A DNA stretch of 27,150 bases, taken from the NCBI GenBank assembly GCA_035604095.1, contig DATNJE010000191.1, forward strand, positions 1 to 27,150, in the 5' to 3' direction. Position numbers and translations under genes: made by a program. Below, one piece after another: positions 16,713 through 24,916 of the stretch. Each line of letters opens with the position of its first letter. Within the stretch, counting starts at the first letter, position 1. The DNA comes from Terriglobales bacterium. GTDB taxonomy: Bacteria; Acidobacteriota; Terriglobia; Terriglobales; Acidobacteriaceae. The notes under the pieces were generated by a model. The model was not told the origin of the DNA. It saw only the letters and a program-made list of their open reading frames with translations, and made no database searches.

Positions 16713-18707
16713 CTACTTCGGCGGCTGCATTGAAGGCTGCTGGTTCGGCTCCTGCCGCTGCTGGATGCCGGGCACGCTGGGCATGCGCGTGACCTTGCCG
16801 CTTTCGGCGTCGGCGATGTCGATGCCGTTGTGGGTGAGCGTCAGCCCCATCACCCGGTCCAGCTCGACCCTGGACTTCTCATAGGCGGCCATGCCGATGA
16901 CCACGTTGGCTTCCGCCTGCGCCAAGTCGCGCTGGGCTTGCAGCACCAGGGTGTTGGTGGACGCGCCGAGCGCGTATTTCTTCTGCTCGGCGTCCAGCGA
17001 TTCGGAGGCGAGCTGGCGCGCGCTGCTGGCCGCGTCCACGCGGGCGCGGTTCTGCTGCACCGAGAACTGCGCGTTGCGCACCTGGATAGCGATCTGGTTC
17101 TGGAGTTGCTGCAGCCGCATCTGCGCCTGGCGATACTCCAGCTCGGAGCGCACCTGGTCGGCCTGCGCCGAGCGGTTGCGGATGGGGATGGTCACATTCA
17201 GCCCGACAGCGTAGTCGGGCGCGTTGTAGCCGAACAGGTTGGAGAACGCGTCGTTGAAACCGGTAGGCGGTAGCTGGCCTGGTGTGCAGATGGAGCTGGG
17301 CACCCCTGTGCATAGGAAGGGGTTGGTGTTGCCGGCCAGCGCGCTGGCGCCATACCAGGCGACCAGGTCCACGGTGGGCAGCAGCTCATTGCGTGCCGCT
17401 CTCTTGGTGATGTCGCGGTTGGTCAAGTCGATACGCGACTGGGCCAGGTCCGGACTGTGTTGCAGCGCGTCGCTGATCAGGTCCTGCACGGGCACCACCG
17501 GCTCCTGCCTCGGCAGTTCCATGGCGCTGGTAGGGATGACGGGAGCGGCCGCCAATTGCGGATCGGTCATGTTACGCGTGAGCGCGTTCTTCATCAGCAA
17601 CTGCTGCAGTTGAAGGTTGGTCTGGGAGACGATCAGGTCCTGCTGTCCGGAGGCCACTGCGGACTCGGCGCGCGTGACCTCGATGGGCGCCAGGGTGCCG
17701 ATCTCCACCTGCTTCTTGTTGTCGGAGAGCGTTTTCTGCGCCAGCCCCAGAGAGCGCTCCTTCACCCGCACGTCGTCATAGGCACTGACCAGGTCCCAGT
17801 AGATGTTCTCGATCTGCGCCACGGTGTTGATCGCCTGCGCGCGGAAGGCCACGTCGGAGATCTCGCGGTTGTTCCTGGCGATGGTGATGAAACGCCGGTT
17901 GGCGTTGATGCTCAGCCCCTGCAACAGGTGCTGGGTGAAGGTGATCCGCATGCCGCTGTTGATGACCGGGCTAAATTGGCTGAAGACGTCGTTGGTGGTC
18001 TGCCGCTGATTGTTGAAGGTGACCGAATAGGTGGTGCCCGTGGGCAAGTATTGCGTCCATCCGAAATTGACGGTGCCGGTGTTCTGAGTCAGACTCGACG
18101 AGCCGGAGGTGAACAAACTGGACGTGGGCTGCACGAAGTGCTCGAGGCTAAGTGTCGAGGTCAAGATGGGATCGTAGGAGCCGATGGGCGGACCGGCGCC
18201 GAGGGTTGAGGTCACCAGTCCGGAAGCGCCGGTGCCGGCGCCGCCAGTGGCCGCGGTGGTGCCGCCTGCGCCCGCCCCGGTCGAGGTGGCGCCAACTCCG
18301 CCCGCGCCGATGGTACCCACGCCGCCGCCGGGCGTCCCCTGCACCAGTCCGGTGTTGACGCCGCGTGTGGAGGCGCCCGACTTGGCGCGCAGGATGTCGG
18401 TGTCGGCGATGGGCAGGTTGTAACGCGCGATGGCCAAGTCGAGGTTATTCTCCAGCGCCAGCGCGATGGCGTCATCCAGCGACAGGTAGATTTTCCCCTC
18501 CTTGATCAACTGGTCGATGCGCGCGCTGTTGGCGAGGTTGGGCTCAGGCACATACCGGGGCATGTACGGACCCACCACGTTGGGGAACTGCGAAACCGAC
18601 TTGGAATAATCGGTGGCCTGGGCGAGCGCCGGCGGGCAAAGAACCGCCATCAGCAGGCCCGCGGCCAGCAACCACGCCAGGAGTAACAGGACTCGGGGAA
18701 AGCGCAT
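16713..18707 (-). CDS. TolC-family outer membrane efflux protein
   Basis: Signal peptide; LSLDDAIALALENNLDL, IENIYWDL, LLPTVDL, AEQKKYALGAST helical repeats. Confidence 0.92.
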   Translation of the reverse strand: MRFPRVLLLLAWLLAAGLLMAVLCPPALAQATDYSKSVSQFPNVVGPYMPRYVPEPNLANSARIDQLIKEGKIYLSLDDAIALALENNLDLAIARYNLPIADTDILRAKSGASTRGVNTGLVQGTPGGGVGTIGAGGVGATSTGAGAGGTTAATGGAGTGASGLVTSTLGAGPPIGSYDPILTSTLSLEHFVQPTSSLFTSGSSSLTQNTGTVNFGWTQYLPTGTTYSVTFNNQRQTTNDVFSQFSPVINSGMRITFTQHLLQGLSINANRRFITIARNNREISDVAFRAQAINTVAQIENIYWDLVSAYDDVRVKERSLGLAQKTLSDNKKQVEIGTLAPIEVTRAESAVASGQQDLIVSQTNLQLQQLLMKNALTRNMTDPQLAAAPVIPTSAMELPRQEPVVPVQDLISDALQHSPDLAQSRIDLTNRDITKRAARNELLPTVDLVAWYGASALAGNTNPFLCTGVPSSICTPGQLPPTGFNDAFSNLFGYNAPDYAVGLNVTIPIRNRSAQADQVRSELEYRQAQMRLQQLQNQIAIQVRNAQFSVQQNRARVDAASSARQLASESLDAEQKKYALGASTNTLVLQAQRDLAQAEANVVIGMAAYEKSRVELDRVMGLTLTHNGIDIADAESGKVTRMPSVPGIQQRQEPNQQPSMQPPK

Positions 18708-18925
18708 TCGGTTATCTCCGGAAAAGAATCAGTTCCAACCTCAATACAGACTGCGAGCCACGAGAATCGTCACCCGCTGATACGCAAGGAAGTCACCGAT
18801 GGTTTCATTTTTCTGCCGCGCGGCGCGCCGGTCGTCGCCGCGCATGTCACTCGCGGGAAGTGGGATAGTATAAACCACCGGTCCGCGTGGCCTGCGTGCG
18901 CGCGGGGCCGCGGACATCGGCAGCG

Positions 18926-19687
18926 ATGGTGCGCAACCTGAAAATCACGCTGGCTTACGATGGCAGTGACTTCTACGGATGGCAGGTGCAGCCGGAGCGC
19001 GCGACCATCCAGGGCACGCTGGCAGCGGCGATCGAGCGGGTAACCGGCTCCAAGGCTCTGCCGCAGGGATCGGGCCGCACCGACGCCGGCGTGCATGCGA
19101 TGGCGCAGGTGGCTTCCTGCCAGATAGACGCAGACGCCGGTATTCCCACCAAGAACCTCGCGCGTGCGCTCAACCACGTGCTGCCGCCGGCCATTCGTGT
19201 GCTGAGCGTGGAGGAGGTCACGCCGGAGTTCCACGCCCGCAAGTCGGCGCGCGCCAAGACTTACCGCTATCGCATCTACCGCGGCGAGATCTGCCCGCCG
19301 TTTCTGGCGCGATACGTCCATCACCACCTTTATCCGCTCGACGAAGAGGCGATGCAAGACGCGGCGGCGGCCATTGCCGGCGAGCACGACTTCACTTCAT
19401 TCGCCGCCGTCGATCCGGAGCGCGGCCGGGAAGAGGAAGAGTCCTCGAACGTGCGCACGATTTATTCTTCAGAATGGACTCGCGCAGGAGAAGAGTTTGT
19501 TTACACCGTGCGCGGCAGCGGCTTTCTGCACTACATGGTGCGGAACCTGGTAGGGACGTTCCTGCTGGTGGGAAAAAGCACGCTGGATCGCGCGGGCATG
19601 AAGCGCATTCTGGAGGCGCGCGACCGCTCCACCGCCGGTCCCACGGCCCCGGCCTGCGGGCTGTCTTTGGTGAGCGTGGAATATTGA
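18926..19687 (+). CDS. truA: tRNA pseudouridine(38-40) synthase
   Basis: LAYDGSDFYGWQVQ, GSGRTDAGVHA, FHARKSA, GFLHYMVRNLVG, TAPACGL. ATG 18926. Confidence 0.97.
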   Translation: MVRNLKITLAYDGSDFYGWQVQPERATIQGTLAAAIERVTGSKALPQGSGRTDAGVHAMAQVASCQIDADAGIPTKNLARALNHVLPPAIRVLSVEEVTPEFHARKSARAKTYRYRIYRGEICPPFLARYVHHHLYPLDEEAMQDAAAAIAGEHDFTSFAAVDPERGREEEESSNVRTIYSSEWTRAGEEFVYTVRGSGFLHYMVRNLVGTFLLVGKSTLDRAGMKRILEARDRSTAGPTAPACGLSLVSVEY

Positions 19688-19689
19688 GG

Positions 19690-19710
19690 ATCGGGTCATC
19701 GGGTGATCGG
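19690..19710 (+). repeat. single-arm octamer array ATCGGGTC/G
   Basis: atcgggtc atcgggtg atcgg, 2 bp after the truA stop; same unit as 13891-13973. Confidence 0.75.
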
Positions 19711-19726
19711 AACGGGTAAATGAAAA

Positions 19727-19814
19727 CACGCGAAGCGTGCGGAATAACGTAGCCCACGGGCGTAAGCCGTGGGACTCGAAGTGGAATGAAGTAGAAGCCC
19801 GCGAAGCGGGCGAC
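19727..19814. repeat. GTAG-type REP cluster
   Basis: CACGC-GAA-GCGTG (19727-19739), GTAG-CCCACGG..CCGTGGG (19749-19773), GCCCGC-GAA-GCGGGC-GAC (19797-19814). Confidence 0.7.
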
Positions 19815-19837
19815 GGAATGTTGTAGGCTAGGCCAAC

Positions 19838-21412
19838 ATGGCGACAGACATCCAAATCGGCATGCGACGGGTGATCTCGCGCAATCCCGCCACAGGGGAA
19901 ACCCTGCGCGAATTTGAATGCGCGAGCGCAGCCGAGGTCGGCGCCGCGGTCGCGCGCGCGCGGGCCGCGCAACCTGCCTGGGCGGAACTTGGAGTGCGGG
20001 CGCGAGCCGACATCCTGCGGCGATTCCAGCGCCTGCTGCACCAAAACAAAGACGACGTCGCCCGCACCATCACCCGCGAGAACGGCAAGCCGCAGGTCGA
20101 GGCGCTGCTGACCGAGGTGCTGGTGGTGCTGGATGCGGCGCGCTTCCTCATCGAGAACGCGCACGCCCTGCTCAAGCCTGAGCCCGTGCCCCACGGGAAC
20201 TTGATCATGAAGACCAAGTCGGCGCACCTGATCCGCGAACCCTACGGGGTAATCGGGATCATCTCTCCGTGGAATTATCCGTTTTCGACGCCAGCAACGG
20301 AAGGACTGGCGGCGCTGGTTGCGGGGAACGCCGTGGTAATCAAGCCCTCGGAATTCACGCCGCTGGCGGCGCTGGAGCTGGCGTCACTGCTGCACCAAGC
20401 CGGTGTGCCGCGCGAGGTCTTCCAGGTAGTGGTCGGCGATGGCTCGGCCGGCGGGGCGCTGGTGGAAGCGCCCATCGACAAGATCATCTTCACCGGCAGC
20501 GTGCGCACGGGCAAGCGCGTCGCCGAGACCGCCGCCGGGAAACTGCTTCCCATAGTGCTGGAGCTGGGCGGCAAGGATCCCATGCTGGTGCTGGAAGACG
20601 CCGACCTGGACGTGGTCACCAGCGCCGCTCTCTGGGGCGCGTTCATGAACGCCGGGCAGACGTGTCTCTCGGTCGAGCGCTGCTACGTGCACCGCAGCCT
20701 GTACGAGAAATTCCTCGCAGCAGTCGTGGAGAAGACCCGCAAGCTGCGCGTGGGAAACGGCCTGGCCCCCGAGGCCGACATCGGGCCCATGATCCACGAG
20801 CAGCAGTTGCAGGTGGTGGAAGCCCACGTCGCGGATGCCATCGCGCGCGGCGCTCGCCTGCTCGCGGGCGGACGGCGCTTGCCCGAACTCGGCCCGAACT
20901 TCTACGCGCCCACCGTGCTCGCCGACGTCACGCACGAAATGCTGATCATGCGCGAGGAGACCTTCGGGCCGGTCCTGCCGGTGATGCTCTTCACTAACGA
21001 CGACGAGGCGGTGCGGCTGGCCAACGACTCCGAGTTCGGCCTGGCGGCCAGCGTATGGACCAGCGACCGCCGGCGCGGCGAAGCCCTTGCCCGCCGCATC
21101 CAGGCGGGCACGGTCATGGTCAACGACGTGATCAGTTGCTTCGGCATCAGCGAAGCTCCGCACGGCGGCGTAAAGTCGAGCGGACTGGGCCGCGCCCACG
21201 GCCGCCTGGGCCTGGAGGAAATGGTCCGCATCAAGTATGTGGATTCCGACCTGCTGCCACGCGTGCGCAAAGTGTGGTGGTTCGGCTACGGCGGGGAGTT
21301 CGCGCGGCAGATGGAAGGGTTCGTCGACTTTCTATTCGCGGAGACCTGGGGCCAGCGGATCAGCGGCGGGATGCGGTCAATGAAAGCTTATTTCCGCAAG
21401 GGGAGACTCTAG
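19838..21412 (+). CDS. NAD(P)-dependent aldehyde dehydrogenase
   Basis: ISPWNYP, KPSE, FTGS, LELGGKDP, GQTC, EETFGP. Substrate not assignable. Confidence 0.95.
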   Translation: MATDIQIGMRRVISRNPATGETLREFECASAAEVGAAVARARAAQPAWAELGVRARADILRRFQRLLHQNKDDVARTITRENGKPQVEALLTEVLVVLDAARFLIENAHALLKPEPVPHGNLIMKTKSAHLIREPYGVIGIISPWNYPFSTPATEGLAALVAGNAVVIKPSEFTPLAALELASLLHQAGVPREVFQVVVGDGSAGGALVEAPIDKIIFTGSVRTGKRVAETAAGKLLPIVLELGGKDPMLVLEDADLDVVTSAALWGAFMNAGQTCLSVERCYVHRSLYEKFLAAVVEKTRKLRVGNGLAPEADIGPMIHEQQLQVVEAHVADAIARGARLLAGGRRLPELGPNFYAPTVLADVTHEMLIMREETFGPVLPVMLFTNDDEAVRLANDSEFGLAASVWTSDRRRGEALARRIQAGTVMVNDVISCFGISEAPHGGVKSSGLGRAHGRLGLEEMVRIKYVDSDLLPRVRKVWWFGYGGEFARQMEGFVDFLFAETWGQRISGGMRSMKAYFRKGRL

Positions 21413-21466
21413 TAAAATAGCCTGCACTGGTGAGGGTGCAACGTCATCATAGGAGATTGAGAGTCC

Positions 21467-21793
21467 GTGGCCACATCCCAAACGCAATTAGCCCAGCTCC
21501 CCAACCACAAAGTGAAGATCAAGAAGCCGGGACAGCGCGCCTGCAACGAGAAGGACGCCAAGGGCAAGCTCTGCGGCGGGCACCTGAAGCGTTGGTTCTA
21601 CATGGCCGACGTCAAGGAGAAGGCCTGCGGCGACGTAGCCAAGGCCTTCGGGCCCAACGCCGAGATCTACCGGTGCGAGCATTGCAAGACGCTCTACCTG
21701 CCGAATGCGGAGGATCCCAGCGGGCTCAACGTGGCGGGCCAGGGGCAGATCTCGACCTTCGGGCTGACGCTGCCGCCGAAGGACGCGAAGTAG
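21467..21793 (+). CDS. small Cys-rich hypothetical protein (possible zinc ribbon)
   Basis: GTG start, AGGAG upstream, TAAAAT at 21413-21418; C-x9-CGGH ... C ... YRCEHC; GC3-rich codon usage. Confidence 0.75.
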   Translation: MATSQTQLAQLPNHKVKIKKPGQRACNEKDAKGKLCGGHLKRWFYMADVKEKACGDVAKAFGPNAEIYRCEHCKTLYLPNAEDPSGLNVAGQGQISTFGLTLPPKDAK

Positions 21794-21815
21794 AAGGCGG
21801 CGCGGTGAGGAGAAC

Positions 21816-23057
21816 CTGAACCGTTCGGACCTGATCTACGACTGGAACCAGGTATCGGCGCCGCAACTGGCGCCGCGCGGACCGGTCCTGCTCAACGACG
21901 AATCCCTGCGCGACGGCTTGCAGTCGCCTTCCGTCCGCGATCCTTCCATCGAAGAGAAGATCGAGATCCTCCACCTGATGGAGTCGCTGGGAATCGATTC
22001 CCTCGACCTGGGACTGCCGGGCGCCGGCCCGCGTGCAGTGGCGCACGTAGAGGCGCTGGCGCGGGAGATCGCCCGAGCTCGCCTGAAGATCAAGGGCAAC
22101 TGCGCCGCCCGCACCCACCAGAACGACATCCGCCCCATCGCCGAGATCGTGGAGAGGACCGGCGTTCCAATCGAGGCGGCCACCTTCATCGGCTCCAGCC
22201 CCATCCGCCGCTATACCGAGGATTGGACCGACGATTTTCTGCTGCGCACCACCGAGAACGCGGTCAAGTATGCGCGCTCGCTCGGCCTGGAGGTGATGTA
22301 CGTCACCGAGGACACCTCGCGCTGCGATCCCGCCACCATCAAGCGGCTGTACTCGACCGCCATCCACGCCGGGGCGCGCGCTATCGTTGTCTGCGACACC
22401 TGCGGGCACGCCACGCCCATGGGCGTTTTCGCGCTGGTGCGGTTCGTGCTGGAGGAGGTGGTCAAACCTTCGGGCGAGAACATCCGCGTGGATTGGCACG
22501 GCCACTGTGACCGCGGCCTGGCGGTGGCGAACTCGCTGGCGGCGCTGGCCGCGGGCGCCGATTGCGTGCACGCCTGCGCCATCGGGATCGGCGAACGCGT
22601 CGGCAACACCCAGATGGACCTGATGCTGGTGAACCTGAAGCTGATGGGCGTGGAGCCCTGGGCCAAGCAGGACCTGACCAGGCTGAAGGACTACTGCCAG
22701 GCGGTTTCGCGCGCCACCGGCGTGCCTATCCCCAAGAACTATCCGGTGATGGGTGAGGACGCCTTCCGCACCGCTACGGGCGTGCACGCTGCCGCCGTGA
22801 TCAAAGCGCTCCGCAAGAAGGACATCGAACTGGCCAACACCGTCTATTCCGGTGTACCCTCGCACTTCTTCGGTCTGGATCAGGTGATCGAGATTGGGCC
22901 CATGAGCGGCAAGTCCAACGTCCTGTTCTGGCTGGAACGCAAAGGACTGCCGGCGTCGGAAGAAACGGTGAACCGCATTTTCGAGCGCGCCAAGCAGTCC
23001 AACCGCCTGCTCACCGAACAGGAGATTCTGGCCTGTTGCAATGGGACCTCCGCCTAG
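21816..23057 (+). CDS. DRE-TIM 2-isopropylmalate/homocitrate-synthase-like enzyme without regulatory domain; CTG start
   Basis: DESLRDGLQS lies upstream of the ORF-track TTG; EDTSR, DTCG, HGHCD, GIGERVGN, GVHAAA, GPMSGKSN motifs. Confidence 0.88.
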   Translation: MNRSDLIYDWNQVSAPQLAPRGPVLLNDESLRDGLQSPSVRDPSIEEKIEILHLMESLGIDSLDLGLPGAGPRAVAHVEALAREIARARLKIKGNCAARTHQNDIRPIAEIVERTGVPIEAATFIGSSPIRRYTEDWTDDFLLRTTENAVKYARSLGLEVMYVTEDTSRCDPATIKRLYSTAIHAGARAIVVCDTCGHATPMGVFALVRFVLEEVVKPSGENIRVDWHGHCDRGLAVANSLAALAAGADCVHACAIGIGERVGNTQMDLMLVNLKLMGVEPWAKQDLTRLKDYCQAVSRATGVPIPKNYPVMGEDAFRTATGVHAAAVIKALRKKDIELANTVYSGVPSHFFGLDQVIEIGPMSGKSNVLFWLERKGLPASEETVNRIFERAKQSNRLLTEQEILACCNGTSA

Positions 23058-23066
23058 AGCCGCGCC

Positions 23067-23507
23067 ATGTCCAAACCCTCCGCTCCGGACGCCGGCCAAG
23101 CCCAACCGCACACCAAGCTGGACATCACCTTTCCTGCGCAGGTGGACCGCATCGCCGGGGTGGTAGAGAAAGTGGTTGCCCTCGCGCGCCAGTTGCACGG
23201 CGAAACCGACAAGGAACAGGAGCTCGCCCTGGCGCTGACCGAGGCTCTGGCCAATGCCGTCAAGCACGGCAGCAAGAACGATCCCTCGCTCCAGGTGCAG
23301 TGCCAGGTGATCGCCGAGGGCTCCGCCCTGACCCTGATCGTGCGCGATTCCGGGCCGGGATTCGACCCGACCAGCGTCGCCAATCCCATGGAAAGCGCCG
23401 GCTTGACTGCCGATCACGGCCGCGGCCTGTTCATGATCCGCCAGCTCGTGGACGAGGTGCGCTTCGAGCGCCGCGGGGCGGAAATTCGGATGACCAAGCG
23501 GTTCTGA
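23067..23507 (+). CDS. RsbW-like anti-sigma factor / ATP-binding Ser kinase (HATPase)
   Basis: EALANAVKHG (N box), DSGPGF (G1), GRGLFMI (G2). Confidence 0.9.
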   Translation: MSKPSAPDAGQAQPHTKLDITFPAQVDRIAGVVEKVVALARQLHGETDKEQELALALTEALANAVKHGSKNDPSLQVQCQVIAEGSALTLIVRDSGPGFDPTSVANPMESAGLTADHGRGLFMIRQLVDEVRFERRGAEIRMTKRF

Positions 23508-23510
23508 AAG

Positions 23511-23642
23511 CAGCAGTCAGCATTCAGCGGTCAGCAATCAGCAAAAACCTTTTAGACCGAAAGGCCGCGGCAGGGGCGCGCTCCGCTCCCGGCGTGAACA
23601 GCCCTGTTTTGCTGAATGCTGACTGCTGATTGCTGACTGCTA
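23511..23642. repeat. inverted heptamer-array hairpin, unit CAGCA(A/G/T)T, 62-nt spacer
   Basis: cagcagt cagcatt cagcggt cagcaat cagcaaa / tttgctg aatgctg actgctg attgctg actgcta. Confidence 0.92.
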
Positions 23643-23677
23643 CTGCGGAGTGCTGTTGTAGTATTGAGCCTCCCAGC

Positions 23678-24916
23678 ATGGCCCTTCCCGCCTCCATTAA
23701 CGCCCATACAGCGGTTCAGCATGAAATCGTACGGCTGGCCGGTCTGCGGGAGGTCCACCTTGCCATGGAGTGGTTCCGCTCCCACGAGCCCGAACTGCGC
23801 GACTGGCAACTCGAAGTGGCCGCCATTCCCGCGCCGCCGTTCGGAGAGGGCCCGCGCGCCGAGTGGCTGCGCTCCAGATTCGTCGAATTGGGGCTGGAAA
23901 ACGTCCAGGTAGACGCTGTGGGCAATGTGCTGGGCGCGCTCCCCGGCTCGGAAGCAGAGGAAACGCTGGTCGCGGTGACCGCGCACATCGACACCGTGTT
24001 CGCCGCCGGCACGCCTCTGAACGTCCGCCGCGAAAGCGGCCGCCTGCATGGCGCCGGCATCTCCGACAACGGCGCGGGTATCGTCGGGCTGCTGGCGCTG
24101 GCTTCGGCCTTGCGTTCGGCGAGGGTGCGCCATTCCGCCGGCCTGCTGCTCATCGGCAACGTCGGCGAAGAAGGCGAGGGCGACCTGCGCGGCATGCGGC
24201 ACATCTTTTGCGAATCTCCCTGGAAGGACCGCATTGGCCCCACGGTCGTGCTCGACGGCGCCGCCACCGATACCGTCGTCACCCAGGCGCTGGGGAGCCG
24301 GCGCTTCCAGGTGACCATCACCGGTCCCGGGGGACATTCCTGGAGCGACTTCGGAGCGCCCAACCCGATTGTGGTGCTGGCGCGCGCCATCTCCCGTTTC
24401 AGCCGCACCGAGCTGCCGGTCGAACCCAAGATCAGCGCCAACGTGGGCGTGATCGGCGGGGGCACTTCGGTGAATTCCATCCCTGAATCGGCGAGCATGC
24501 GGGTGGACATCCGCTCGGCTTCCCCGGAGGAGATGGACCGGGTGGAACGCGCGTTGCGGGAATCGGTGGCGGAGGCGGCCGCGGAATATCCGAAGCGCGC
24601 GCGCAACGGCAACAAGGGGATCGGCTTTGAGATCCAGCTCATCGGCTGCCGTCCAGCGGCGGAACTGGACCCCAACGCGCGCATCCTGCACGTGATCCGC
24701 GCCGTGGACGCCCACCTCGGCAACCGCGCCCGGCCCCATCGCGCCTCTACCGACGCCAATATTCCGCTGTCCCTGGGGCGGGAGGCCATCTCCATCGGCG
24801 CCGGCGGCAGCGGCGGCGGCGCCCACACCCTGCAGGAATGGTATGACCCCGCCGAGCGCGATCTAGGCTTGAAGCGCGTCCTGCTCGCGGTGCTGGCGCT
24901 CGCCGGCGTGAAATGA
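23678..24916 (+). CDS. M20/M25/M40 family metallo-hydrolase
   Basis: AHIDTV, GISDN, GEEGEG, GGHSW, STDAN. ATG 23678 preferred because 23630 lies inside the repeat. Confidence 0.9.
   Translation: MALPASINAHTAVQHEIVRLAGLREVHLAMEWFRSHEPELRDWQLEVAAIPAPPFGEGPRAEWLRSRFVELGLENVQVDAVGNVLGALPGSEAEETLVAVTAHIDTVFAAGTPLNVRRESGRLHGAGISDNGAGIVGLLALASALRSARVRHSAGLLLIGNVGEEGEGDLRGMRHIFCESPWKDRIGPTVVLDGAATDTVVTQALGSRRFQVTITGPGGHSWSDFGAPNPIVVLARAISRFSRTELPVEPKISANVGVIGGGTSVNSIPESASMRVDIRSASPEEMDRVERALRESVAEAAAEYPKRARNGNKGIGFEIQLIGCRPAAELDPNARILHVIRAVDAHLGNRARPHRASTDANIPLSLGREAISIGAGGSGGGAHTLQEWYDPAERDLGLKRVLLAVLALAGVK

Noticed and set aside
18844-18874. Possible truA promoter (ATGTCA-N16-TAGTAT)
   Set aside because: Weak match with overlapping alternative -10 candidates; not supportable.
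23630-23677. ORF-track start of the M20 hydrolase at 23630
   Set aside because: Lies inside the repeat arm and upstream of the -10-like motif; ATG 23678 preferred.
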